A stretch of DNA of 63,143 nt, counting the filler, from Dugesia japonica (Eukaryota): assembly GCA_001938525.1 (NCBI GenBank). It is 6 parts of 6 records of this genome, joined end to end, with 100 filler letters (N's around TTAATTAATTAA, not from the genome) between each part and the next. Parts side by side here need not be neighbours in the genome. Positions count along the whole stretch, not along the records: positions 1 to 12,123 come from MQRL01590504.1; 5 more parts are not named here. One strand, 5' to 3'. Of the stretch, positions 1 to 12,223 are shown piece by piece (position 1 is the first letter of the stretch; every line of letters begins with the position of its first letter). The position numbers and the translations under genes are program-made. The notes beneath the pieces were generated by a model. That model searched no databases and was not told the DNA's origin. It saw nothing but the letters and a program-made list of their open reading frames with translations.

Positions 1-1806
1 CAAGTAAATTTAAAACAATAATTTGTCATAATTCTTTTAGTTTTTTCGATTATTTAAAATTTTGAATTGTAGTATATTGCAAAATTAATCTAGACAGTTT
101 TATTTCCAAAATTATCTTATATGATATTTATAACATATTTTTAATGATATTTTATAAGCATTAAACTGGACACTTATAGAAAATTATTAAAAAACATCCA
201 AATATTATTAATACTTCAAGGAAAAAATAACAATTTAGTTAGAATAATTTGTTAACATAGATTAAATAATCTCTCTTCGATGAGTTCATTATGAAAACTG
301 CATTGTGAACATTTTTCTTTACTAATTTGATGGAAATTAAGAGAATAGTATATTAAATTATTCTTATTATTTATTATTGGGATGCAATAAGGTTGCATGA
401 AATGGGAGTTTTCATTGAGACAAATGNNNNNNNNNNNNNNNNNNNNNNNNNNNNNNNNAGAATTTTTAAAAATACAACAGATTCAGTATTTGTTGTGTTA
501 ATTGAAGACTCACATCAGCAGGGAGTGTCGGAAAGTAAGAAACAGATTTGAAAACTGGTGCTACGATGTGGAAGTAAACAGTAAGTACTCTGTTAATAGA
601 GGATAGAAAGGGTACCTTTAACAAGGAGAAGCTAGCCTTTACTGTATATTAAAAGGTGCGTTCGGTAGAATATCCTCGGGGTATGGAGAGTTTAGATGAT
701 GTGAAGACGACAGGGGAAAAAGAGTTTAGATTTATGAGTACAGTTTTTCAAAGAGGAAGTGAGTCCGGAATCCGTAGGTACCATGTAGTTGGATTGATGA
801 CCGCTGATTGAGTATAAATTTCAAGGTAGACCAATCGATGGTGTACTAATCGAGATAAAAATGGTACAATGTTTTGCTGGATAATGTGTTGAATTAATAT
901 GTTAAATGGATGAGTATTATTTAAAATTACGCCGTACCAGCTTAACAATGCACATCATTGATACTCTTCATGGCAGTGGAATTTGATTCGCATTTAAGAT
1001 CATATAGCATACAGTAAGATTATATCGACAAGATTCAATAGTTCTGATTAAATTAAATTATTCTTTTCGTAAAAATGCTTTTTCATGTCGATCAAGCAAT
1101 AGTTAAAACGAAGTAAAAAGGCTATATCATTTATGACCATAATTTGAAAATAATAAAATTACTATGCTATCAAATTTACAACAAATAAGCATAATAAATT
1201 TACTAAAAAAATTATTTAAAAATGTCTTATAAGTAAGTTATTTAATTAAAACATAACGGTACCAAATTAAATAATTTTAAACAATCAAGCAAAGTTCGAT
1301 TAAATATTTTACACTCACAATAAAATTGATTTGCACTAAGAGAAAAAATTGGTACTACTTACAGTATTATGACAATTATATAAATGAAGAAATTACTTTT
1401 TTATTGTAATGTTTCGGTAGTATTGTTTAGCTTTCTCAAAAATTTAATATCGTATGTTATGTTTAATTTAACTCACATTTCAATTTTTATTTTGAAATTT
1501 TTTTTTAAATATTTGATAATGAAAATTAAATTACAAATTGGTATTTATAGAGCAGCTTATGTAAAGTAGTTATTTGGTATTAAAACGTTTGGAAGCGAGA
1601 TTAAAGTGTTTATAGTTTTCTTGTATGCGTTTTAGCATTTTACTTTTCAAGTGTATAATTTCTTGTTTACTTTAACAAAATATTTATATGAAATCGTATT
1701 TTACACCTAAATATTATGAAGTTTGTTATTAATTAAATATACCATATTTCTGATATTTAATACATTTGGTGGAGTAATATTTGGCGAAGCATTTGATATC
1801 TCAGTA

Positions 1807-2155
1807 TTAGTCAATTCCTAATAAATAATTTTAATAACAAAATATGCATATAAAATAAAATAACCATGCTATTATTTTGATTACCAGTAGATATGGTCAA
1901 AGAATTTTTTAAATCATTAGCAGCATCAAACTGAGAAGATAGTTGCATATAACTATCTTTCAAAGAATTTAATTTATTAAGCATAGATTCAAAATGCTCT
2001 ATTTGTTCGGCAACATTCTAAATACAATGATATAAAAAATTATAATTACAATATCTCACTTCAGTTTTTGGACGTCTTTTTAAATCTATTAATATAGATT
2101 CGGCTTCTGAAATATTCTTATTGATTTTAGTAATCTGTTCGGGTATATGTGACAT
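1807..2155 (-). CDS. Small three-exon orphan gene, helical/coiled-coil-like (~79 aa), possibly a pseudogene
   Basis: Exons 2155-2060, 2017-1885 and 1817- are joined by GT-AG introns (the first is 42 bp). They read MSHIPEQITKINKNISEAESILIDLKRRPKTE|NVAEQIEHFESMLNKLNSLKDSYMQLSSQFDAANDLKNSLTIST|GID*. No family recognised. Confidence 0.4.
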
Positions 2156-2822
2156 TTACTATTATTAATATAAAAATTGATAGCAAAAATAAATTAATTA
2201 ATTGTTGTAAATTTGTGATATAATAAAACTTATTAAAACAACCCTTAACAACAAAATATTATTGAATAACAAATATTTGAAAATTATGAAATTTCTTTAT
2301 CTTCTTAAATAATTCTATTTGAAAAACATAGAAACGTCAAAATTTTCGTTTTAAAATTGTTAATAAGATGTCAAAAATATTATCCTATTTGATTTACAAA
2401 AATTCCATAATTTTGAAAAATTTCCAATCAATACATTAATTATAATTACAATATAAACCCGAATGCTTTAAAATCAAAATCTATGCCAGACTACATCATT
2501 TAAATTAAAGTATGTTGACTTTTTAACAAATTTTATTAAATAAAATAATTAATTTTTAATGTAAATTGCTAGTCATTTTTCACGACCATTGAATATCATT
2601 GAAATAATATCCAAATCTCTAAAAATTATTATAAAAAGTAAGATTAAAGCATTAAAAATCAATTAAACAAGAGTCAAATGGCGTCTGCAGTGTAAATTAG
2701 AAAAATTGAAAAAAATTAAAAATTTGAGTAAAATTATTTGAAAATTTGAGTTATCAAAACATATTTAAAGAACTAAAATAAATTATGACACGATTGGTCA
2801 ATGCTTATAATCATATAAAATC

Positions 2823-2922
2823 TTCGACGCTCATACTAGGTTGGTTAGATCCGAACTCGTTCGATCTTGGAAGTTAAGCAGCTCTAAGCTTCGTTACTAC
2901 TTATAAGGTGAGCAGCGTCAAC
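2823..2922 (+). pseudogene. 5S rRNA pseudogene, internally deleted
   Basis: The 5S hallmarks CATAC, CCGAACTCGTTCGATC, GAAGTTAAGCA and GTTACTACTT...GGTGAGC occur in the correct order. The 5' TCGACGCT can pair with the 3' AGCGTCAA (helix I). About 20 nt of the 3' arm are missing. Confidence 0.8.
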
Positions 2923-2949
2923 TGAGTCTGGGTGGGGTTTAGTAAGGAA

Positions 2950-3260
2950 TAACCTTACACATTTACAGNGCAAAAAAGAGTCCACAACTTTGTATGTATT
3001 GCTTGCTTGTTCCAGTGATTTCGGTTAAGTCCTTTCAAATTATCTTAGAATTCCCTGCCTTAGAAGAATTTTGATCTATAAATCATCAAAAAAACACTCA
3101 AAATCAGCTAACAGATTCTGAATTCCTGCTATTTGATATCCTTACAACATCTAATCTATGGTACCCAGCAATGAGGTCTTCACTCTGAAAATGGCTTTGT
3201 TTATCGAAGTGTACTAAATACGTGTTGTTCCCTCTTTAAAGATTTAATTGGGTGCTTCGT
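2950..3260 (-). mobile_element. Possible highly decayed LTR-retrotransposon integrase fragment
   Basis: Broken frames contain NNTYLVHFDK, xGREFxD and ITGTSK..CVR, loosely resembling the rve core (SDQGREF...ER). Confidence 0.3.
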
Positions 3261-5199
3261 ATAATTGTTCACATTCGTACTGGTGATATGCAGAAAACAC
3301 TAAAATCAGAACAAAAACAAATAATAAAATATTTATTTGAACAATAATTAAAAATATTTTCTTTCGTTGGCTCTGATTACTTAATCAGCTTATTGTCTAG
3401 CAAATATATCGCTCTTAAATGATCAGAGTATTCTTTTAAATCAAACATAATTTTATAATTATCCTCCTTCTGTATATTCTTTGACCAATTTTCTTTGCAT
3501 TTTTTCTTTAAAAGTTTTCAAAGAATCTATTCTTGGTTTTCTGTTAATTTTCCATTGATTTGTAACTAAAAAATACGCAGGTAATATTTATTGAAACAAA
3601 GTTCTTCATTTTTCATTTATCAATTTTGACCTTGTATTTTTTTATTATTTCATTTTCAAAATTAAGTAAAAATTATTAAAAATTCTTTTGTTGAAGTAAC
3701 ATCTAGGCAACTCAATTTTAATTTAACTTTTGAGTAACACATCTAGTGAAACTTCTCAAAGAATTTGATCTAGTGTTCCTGTTATATATTTTTGGAATAA
3801 AGCCAGTGTTCCGTAGTTTGAGTGCATGTGCGTATTTCTTTGGTTTGGGNNNNNNNNNNTATAAGACTCACTTTGCTTTTTTTGCCTCTATAGCTATTTA
3901 GTTTCTGGAAGCTTTTGTAGAAACTATCCTTAGCCGCATATTTTTCAATATCTGTCCCCCTCAGTGCGACATCTATTTACCCATGAAACGGTTCTATTTT
4001 AATTTTTTAGTGGTTTTTTTGGACAATGTAGTTCTAATATGGTGCTTATTTTTGATATTGCCTCACATACATCGTTATGTTTATCGATTTCATTAATTAC
4101 ACTTAATGTGAAAAGAACTCTTTCGTATCTAATTTGTGACATTAAGTTATTAGTAAAGTATATTTGCACTCGCAAGGGTATTATGAAGGTAGGTAAATAC
4201 TGAAATAAAAAATAATCATACGCACATATTAGTGATAAAAAGCTAATTAATTAATTTTCAAAACTTTAATGGAAAACAGTAGTTCTGGAGTATCATCTTT
4301 AACTCTTCAAGAGAATATCAATTTATTCTCTAAATATTTATTCATCCAACTCAAGAACATGTTTTTTCAAAGCATACAATTATACATTCATTTATTTCAT
4401 TTTGGAGAATCTTTGTTCACCTTATTAATTCAACCAATTCTTTTATCTAATTCACTAACATTATGACCCAAACAATATTCTTCTGCCCTTGGAAATGGCA
4501 CGGATATTCACCCAGATGGGATTAAACTTGTTTATCTTCTTTTAAGCTGTAAGTAAGAGTAAAATTGTTATTGATTTATTTTTCTGACATTTGCTACCGT
4601 ATTTATTGTTGTTTCTGGTACAACTCATTCTTCTCATTAGATAATCTATATAATTTCATCTTTTGAGGTCTTTTAATGACTGTATTTATCACTCCACATC
4701 ATACCACTTTTTAATGGCCAATATTTTGGAATTTCAAAAATTATGGAATCCAATCGACATTCCTTCAAACCATTGTAACGTTATAACTGTTTGAACTATG
4801 ATTTTCTAGTTTTGGTCTTTGGAATCTATAAATCTGTTTCATCGATAATTATCTCTTTCTTAAAGGGAAATTTTCGTTTTCACCTGTTTTCAGTTTTTCT
4901 GAAATTAATTTCATTTTTGTAATAAATTATTTTAATTTGGATGATTTATTTTATTTATAATATATTATTTATTTATTTTATTTCTTTATTAATTTATAAT
5001 TAATACATGTTTCAAAATTAATGAAAATTAATATACATATAAATTTCATTAAAATTATTATTAAAATTATTACTTCAATAAGTAATGTACTAATTTGATT
5101 AAAATTGGTGTTAACTTCATAAGAATATCTACATAATTTACATAATTATACACACAAATTTTAATAAGGTCACTAAAACATAAATAAATATAAATTATT

Positions 5200-6025
5200 T
5201 CAGGACTAAGTAAAGATTTAGGACTTGCTCTCAAAGAATATGAAAAATACAAAGTTAAGAGAAACATTGACAACACGTCTTGTTATCAAATTCACGGAAA
5301 TGAGATCCGTAGCAAAGATACACGAAGACAAGGTACATTATCAACGAATTTCTAAAAAGGAAGATATCTGTATGATACAAAAAAGATGAGTTATGCAAAT
5401 GTAGTGAAACCACATATTAATAGAGTTTAAGAGGATAAAAAGAAAATACGTGTAAATAATTTGTCATTAAAAGGAACACACAACCAGTGATTATGGAAGA
5501 ACACAGGTAATGATGCGTAAACCGACAGTATTGATGAGTTATTACGCAAGATGTTAGTTTAATAAATATAGAGGATTTTCAGAAACTTGTGAAGAGAAAC
5601 TTCAAGAGGGACAATGTTATTGCTGTGGAGAACATGGACATAAACGATACCAATGCTCGTTAAGAGACAGGTGTTTAATTTGCAGCAAGCCTGGCCATAA
5701 TTTTAGATACTGTCCGATTTTATAGGGTTGGTCTAATGGAAGGAACACTAAACTTTTATAATAATATTATAATATCCCAGAGAGGATAAGATGTTCATAG
5801 ACACTGGCGCTAATTTTAGAACATCAGTACATTCCGTAGTCAATGCAAAGAGGAAACGGAAGCGGAAATGGATCCAGACATTTGACAGCTCATGAAAAAG
5901 TATACTGTGTGACAAGTAAAGAACTATTAGCTATACACGGATTTGTACAAAAATTCAAACAATATTTGTATAGAAAGAGATTTCTAGTAAGAACAGACCA
6001 CAAAGCGTTGGTGTTTCTGAAAAAC
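5200..6025 (+). mobile_element. Ty3/gypsy remnant: gag zinc knuckles joined directly to an RNase H fragment
   Basis: 5615-5713 reads CYCCGEHGHKRYQC..CLICSKPGHNFRYC (two CCHC knuckles). 5775-6025 reads YPREDKMFI..SRHLTAHEKVYCVTSKELLAI..KQYLY..FLVRTDHKAL, nearly identical to 57170-57430. Confidence 0.9.
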
Positions 6026-8115
6026 AGATGCTGTTGAGGTAGGTCGTATATTAATCAATGCGTTATATAAGATATCCAGCTTGCCGATAGATTTTTCAAT
6101 AAATTCTATTGGCGAAATTCTTTTTTCAGTTTATTATATTTATTATCTGTAATGGAACTTATTGCATTTTGCAATTCTTTTCGTAATCCAGCTTGTGGTG
6201 ATAATTCTANNNNNNNNNNNNNNNNNNNNNNNNNNNNNNNNNNNNNNNNNNNNNNNNNNNNNNNNNNNNNNNNATATATTTGTTCCATTATTTTTTCAGC
6301 AAATGAAATTGCTGCATTTTTTGAAGAATTTTGAAAATAATCGTTAGAACTTGGTACATTCCTACCACGTAGATAAATGATAAGTGCCATTAAAACTGGA
6401 TCTCTTTTTTCATTCATCCTTCTTTTAATAGCATGTAGCAGCTTCTTGGGATAAGTTGCAACTTTTCAAACAAAAATTTGTAAATTTCCTCAACTGTTAT
6501 GAGATCTGCATTATTTTTTCTTAATTAACTAACGGCAGCTTTAATTAGTGAAAGAACATCAATATGGTTTTGTAGAACGAAAATATCATTTAAGGAAATT
6601 GGTTCTAAATTCAATTCCACTAAAGATTTATTGACACATTCTGATAAAATTAAAAATCGTCTAATCATTACAATCAAAGAATTCCGTCTTGTTTTGATGC
6701 CAATTTCAACTCCAGTTTTTCCCCATTTTTGAACTAAATTTTGTTGCAAAACNNNNNNNNNNNNNNNNNNNNNNNNNNNNNNNNNNNNNNNNNNNNNNNN
6801 NNGGTTAAAAGATGTTAATAATTTGACCAAAATCAATACTCAATGTCATAACATCTTTATTATCTTCAACAAACTCCAAATTGTTATCTAAATACAGATC
6901 TTTTCTGAAATCTTCTACTTCATAATCTTCAATTTCATCATCAACAAAATTTTCGATATCGTCCTAGTCCAACGCTTTATTAGAAGTAGAATTTATTAGT
7001 ACATTAAAACAGTCCATTACGGCCAAATGGGGTGCATGATTATAGCAAAGTTTATTTAAAACATCCTATATTTTCCATTATTTTTTCATTACAGCTGCTG
7101 CGTCGTTAGTTGATACAATAACATCACTTTTTAAAGAATCTCAAAGTTTGCATGCTTAGCTTCAACTAAATGTTTAATAGTTTCTGCATTTCCTTGCTTA
7201 AACATTTCCATTGAACGCAGTTCAATTTATTTTGATTCTATTCTAAGTGCATGAACTGTTACGTTTACATAACGTAAGATGCTGCAATCTGTCCATTCAT
7301 CCACAGTTATAGCAAATTTACGATTTGGTTTTTAAAACTTTTCAAATTTATTTCGCAGTTCAATACGTTTTTCTTTATTAAAACTGATGATGCATTTTGA
7401 AATAGTTGTTGGCATTTTATAATCCTTTTGTTGCACGTATCCAGCTATTGCATCAGATTTGCTTATTGCTTGGATTAATATACCATCAACTGCTGAGACT
7501 TTTGACAATATTTAATTAAAAGACTGTTTATTTTACAAAGTTCAACTATAGTACTTGTTTCAATTTTTGGCTTTTTCTGCGGAACATTGTTTTCTTCATA
7601 ATTTTCACTTGATACAGATTTAGATATAAATATGTTGTGTCCTAACTTCAAATTATTAATCATAGGAGTGGTTGAACTTTTACACCCTACATTCGCGTTA
7701 CAGCTACCACATGTAGCTTCACCAGTTTTTTCTTCTTTCTTAAAAAACTTCCACACCTCGGATTTTTTTGAAATGGTTAAAAATCTAAATATTAAAAATC
7801 TAAATAATTTTGTAAGATAATCTAAAAAACTTCAATTTGCCTTTCAAATATAGGAATATCCAAAGAAATTAATGTAACAATTGATTACGATGTAATGACA
7901 ATAAAAATTACTTATTGCTACTGTTTTTCAAAAGCCAACTAAAATAATGTCACACAAAACACATAACGAAAATTCAAAATGCAATTCTTTCAAACTTTTT
8001 TCAAAGCTTACTTTGATTGAATTTTTACAACTTATAATTTTGTATCTTTCAAAAATATTCGAATGTGAAATAGTCAACTAACACACAAATATATTCAAAT
8101 ATCAAGTATTCGAAT
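6026..8115 (-). mobile_element. hAT transposon remnant (BED-finger transposase pseudogene)
   Basis: BED finger SEVWKFF..ATCGSC..H (7630-7765); FAITVDEWTD..RYVNVTVH; STNDAAAVMKK; CYNHAPHLAV; TRRNSL (RWNS motif); C-terminal LYNALINIRPTSTAS truncated at 6026; TATTCGAAT subterminal repeats at 8057-8115. Confidence 0.9.
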
Positions 8116-8687
8116 AGAATCTATAAGAATCTATAGAATCTATTAGAATCTATAATTTATTATTAATATTACTACAACCGCCATTATTCATTATTGCGAC
8201 GGTGATTACAAATAGTTACCAGCGACATTATATTCAGTATTATTTTGATCCTTCCACCCTTACCGCCCATGAACACCATTAACCTTACTGTGATTATTAA
8301 CAACGTTCACATCTAAAATCCAACTTCCTATCTTTTTACAAGGAATAATAATTAGTAAGGTTGTCCTTATAAGGCTTTCCAAGTTACTGCGCCAAACTTA
8401 TGCTAATTTCGGTCACCATTTCTAATAGTGACCAGCCATACTCTACCTTTTAATATACCTTTAGTGAACAAAACCAAACGTGTTACATAGAAGTTATACA
8501 AGCTAGACGATGGTTTGAGAAAGATTAATCGTTTAAGTTAATCCTACGTTGGTTTGTAATTTCAGACTATGGATGGCATACATATAAAGATGTAAACAAC
8601 CGCACTATGTTTCATCGAGTTCTGATTTCTTAAATCTTGTGGATACTATTGCGTTGTTAATTTACTCGAAGTTAATTTAAGTGGAAG

Positions 8688-8858
8688 TTTGAACCCGACT
8701 CAAAGAGATCCGAGCAGGCACTCAAATTAAGGTTATGAGTCAATGTCTCCATTCAAAAACTCTAATTATGAAATGTTAGATCAAATTCTTCGCGTATTCC
8801 AGTGAGGACTGAACCCTAGTCCCAATTTTTAACACACAACTCCGGTGGGACCCAAACA
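8688..8858 (+). mobile_element. LTR-like terminal repeat, copy 3 of the structured family
   Basis: Collinear with the reverse complement of 10034-10210: GAACCC, GCACTC..GAGTCAAT, TTAG..AAATTCTT, TGAGGACTG and CAACTCCGGTGGGACCCAAACA. Preceded by purine-rich AAGTGGAAG. Confidence 0.75.
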
Positions 8859-9139
8859 ATTATTTAACATGAGTTTGAGTATGCATGTTTTGAAATTTAT
8901 TATGTTTATTAGATTGATGTATTTGTGACTGAGTATGTCCTCCATTACGAATACAGTAAATATTTCCAAAATATAAAATAAAAAAACTATGCCATAAAAT
9001 ATAATTTAACTGTCAAAAGACAAAAATTTTATTGCTGCTGGCTTGATATCAATAGCGTATTTAAGTTTTTTGAGAATTAAACAAGAAAGTTTTTAGTTCC
9101 GAAACTAAAACGAAAGAAACTATTACAGAAGACTTAGTC

Positions 9140-9549
9140 TAAACAAATCGGAGCTCCTGCTCATTGGTCTGTAAATGTTCGGGAATTTTTTAATGAAAAT
9201 TGGGTTGGATGGGGTGGTGCTCTTGCATGGTTTGTATGATACTCAGAACTTGGTTCGCCCGATGTTTTCCTTTGGGGTCAACTGTAAAATATAGTTTACA
9301 AGCGAAACCCTGAGTAACCAATAGAATTCATCTAAAATGAATATTCTAAAATAACTCTACAATTGATAAAAAATTTGGTGTTGACTTATAAATATCGTTT
9401 GCAGCAATTAAAAGTTATAAGAAATCTTGTGAACACTACAAGCTTTAATTAATACATTTTATAAAAAATGTCTTTATTTTTCATTACCTTTTTGTTTTAT
9501 GTGAGTAGTTGATGAATTAAATTAGAGATACTTATCAAACCACCTGTAT
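9140..9549 (+). mobile_element. Tc1/mariner (DD37D/maT-like) transposase 3' remnant
   Basis: KQIGAPAHWSVNVREFFNENWVGWGGALAW..SELGSPDVFLWGQL*NIVYKRNP matches the family pattern QQDGAPxH..WIGR..WP.RSPDL.P.DFFLWG.LK..VY. Ends in TIR-like CACCTGTA. Confidence 0.8.
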
Positions 9550-9983
9550 GTATACGACATTTATTATTTTTAATTTCAATATCTTGGTAGCCAGAAACTT
9601 AATAAAATCAGGACTGTTAGACGAAAATATAATTATTTAAAAGAACTTTATGATTAAATAAGTAAATAATCACATGAGTTTTAAAGTTGGAATACCGATT
9701 TAAGTAATCTCAGAATAAGACAAATAAGTCTAATAAAAATAAAGAAAATTAATTGAAAAGAAATAAAATCTAGAAAAATATAATCAAGGGAGTTAAAACA
9801 TAATTCAATATTTTATGTTTTAAAATTTAATTATAACAGAAAATGACAACTAAGTAAAAAACTTTAAAAAAATTTTTTAAGGGCATTTCAAATGCAAACG
9901 TAAAATCCAACATGAAAATTCTCGATAAAATATAAAAACGTCGTTAAATATTATCATCATTATACTAAAAACGGTTTATATAT

Positions 9984-10033
9984 CAGGGCTGTCCAAAGTC
10001 TGGTCCGCAGTCTCATCCAAAAATTTATAAAAT
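9984..10033 (+). mobile_element. hAT (Buster/Charlie-type) terminal fragment interrupted by the LTR-like element
   Basis: CAGGGCTGTCCAAAGTCTGGTCCGC resembles the Buster-type TIR CAGGG.TGTCCAAA..GGCCCGC. Confidence 0.45.
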
Positions 10034-10210
10034 TGTTGGGGTTCCACCTGAGTTGAGTATCGAAAAACGGGTGGCTGGGGAGAAACAGNCCTCAGGGGAC
10101 CCTTTCAAGAATTTAACCTAAAGTCCCTAGTTTAGGTATTCAGCGTAGAGTGATTGACCTCCTACTTCATAGGAGGTGCACACTCGTACACCTTTAATTT
10201 GGGTTCATCA
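10034..10210 (-). mobile_element. LTR-like terminal repeat, copy 1 (177 bp, TGATG...CAACA), with PPT-like AGAGGAAA at 10219-10212
   Basis: Homology with 19409-19583 stops sharply at ...CAACA. Termini are TG/CA. A purine tract lies immediately 5' on the minus strand. Confidence 0.75.
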
Positions 10211-10277
10211 GTTTCCTCTATAAGCATAGACAATTAATTAAACAGAAATTAAGAAGAAACATCTATTATAATGACAA

Positions 10278-10658
10278 CTATAATTCCTCCAAAACTCCAG
10301 GATCTAACCACTGGGCTGGGTCAGTCACCACAAAATCAAAGGCGGCCATATCAGCGCTATTGTCCCACTGTACCCAAGTGGGGTTGCCCAGCTAGCGAGA
10401 AAGATCCGAGATGTATTGCTTTAAAAAGTCTATTTTTCGTTGGAGCAATTGCTTGGTTTCTTCTACGAGAGCTTTGGTTTGAACAGCCAGTTCGCTCTGT
10501 TTTCTAACAACCAGATCGAGCTTTTTTATGAGTTTTTTTCGCTGGTCAAGATGCTTAAGGATTGGCCTGTCTGCTTTTCGTTTAAGGTGCGTCTCTACTA
10601 AAAGACGGCGCATTTCTGTGACATCGTCATAGGCTATTAGGAAAAGTAATTTGACGCA
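10278..10658 (-). pseudogene. Accessory coiled-coil ORF A of the LTR-like element, copy 1 (disrupted)
   Basis: After acceptor TTTATTTAG|TG it reads RQITFPNSL*RCHR/..LIKKLDLVVRKQSELA..KIDFLKQYISDLSR*LGNPTWVQWDNSADMAAFDF..AQWLDP. It aligns at protein level with 19651-20022. Confidence 0.75.
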
Positions 10659-10832
10659 CTAAATAAAAGGACATTAATGACATTCATATCTCGCTAATGA
10701 TACTAATTAAATATAAAGGTTAGAAAAAAATTGGACGAAAATAAACACAAAAAAAATATAATTTTATTAAACCGCATTTAAACAAAGTTTACGGACGAGA
10801 GGTCTGGACCCCCTTGTCCACCATAAGTGGTG

Positions 10833-11226
10833 TCAGTGGCATGATTTCCTTAAATTCATAATATCACCAACCAGTTTATTCTCCCTGTCTTGGTAGGACC
10901 AGATAATTTCGGTAAGTGACTCCAATTGGGCTTTCCAAACCCTTTCCTGCTGGTGGGATGCCTCGGCTTCTTCTTTAAAGGCCAAGGTCTTATTTTTATA
11001 GCGCCGAACTTTGGCATCAGCAGATGCGACATCGGCTCCCCAGCGACGTTTGGCCAATTTATAGAGATCCCATGTGATTTCGGTTTCGTCACTGGAAGCT
11101 CTCATTTTCTTGGTCGGGGCTGTAGCGCGATTCAATGATGAGTGCACTAGAATAAACGAAATCAATAAAACACTATATAAAGATTTGGGTTAATTGCATC
11201 AACCACTCACACCTAGTTTTGCTCAT
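10833..11226 (-). CDS. Accessory coiled-coil ORF B of the LTR-like element, copy 1 (two exons)
   Basis: ATG at 11226, exon to 11211, intron 11210-11147 (GTGAGT...TTCTAG, 64 bp). The splice gives in-frame MSKTRL|HSSLNRATAPTKK..AKVRRYK..DRENKLVGDIMNLRK. Homologous to 20204-20511. Confidence 0.7.
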
Positions 11227-12123
11227 TGGGCACTCTCCAGTCATTACCTTTATTCTTTAAAAGAAAAAAAACAAACTATTGACAAAAAAAAATTTGTTTT
11301 AAGTCTTGAAACAACTATATTTTTTATTGGATTGAAACTATAAACAAGATGGATCACTATTTGGTAGGTGCTGAGTCGATTACGGGTGTGGTATTCTCAG
11401 AGTCCTCAACACCCGATAGTTCTCTTACACCCCAGAGCAGATTGGTGATAAATAATCATATAGATTATACACTTAAATGGAATAAAACATAAAATATACA
11501 TTCTATTTTACACAATACTTAAACTCAAAATAAAATCAAAATAAAATCAAAATTAATTACTAGAATATTACATTGTCAATTGTAAGGAGGAAAACTAATT
11601 GAAGATACCAACTAGACATTATCACAATAATCCACCCTGGGGGCTCTACGATTGATGTTGATGGGGCAGAAATTTCACCTACATTTGCATAATGGTAATC
11701 TTTCCTAAATAATTTACAAATGACTTGTCGCTAATCCACAAGAAGAAATTTCGAGGTGTCTATATCAATTTATTTTTGTGGTTCCCCTGGCTAAATGATC
11801 TGATTAAGAATTTTCATACTAAAATATCCATACATTTCTAAATTAGTCAAAGAAGAAACGTCCAAAACTCAGATTCAGATATAATTTGAGGATAAGTGGA
11901 TCTACAGTAATTCCCTGGTAACCCATAATTACCGAAATTCCAATGAGATGTTTTGGATTTTTCAATTTGGCAATAATAAGAAAAGACAGAAGTGAATAAA
12001 GTTGGAAGAATTAATTAAATTAAAGATGAAAAAATTGCCAAATTAAAATAACAATTGAAGAATAAATTAAATTAGATGCGAATAAACTGCTAAAATAAAA
12101 TGTCAAAGAAAAGTGAATAAATA

Positions 12124-12223
12124 NNNNNNNNNNNNNNNNNNNNNNNNNNNNNNNNNNNNNNNNNNNNTTAATTAATTAANNNNNNNNNNNNNNNNNNNNN
12201 NNNNNNNNNNNNNNNNNNNNNNN
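12124..12223. other. Artificial scaffold-joining linker
   Basis: 44 N + TTAATTAATTAA (stops in six frames) + 44 N. Confidence 0.97.

Noticed and set aside
10190-10215. Hammerhead ribozyme core (CTGATGA on the minus strand) in the LTR-like repeat
   Set aside because: There is no GAAA after a stem II, and CTGATGA is not conserved in copies 2-4.
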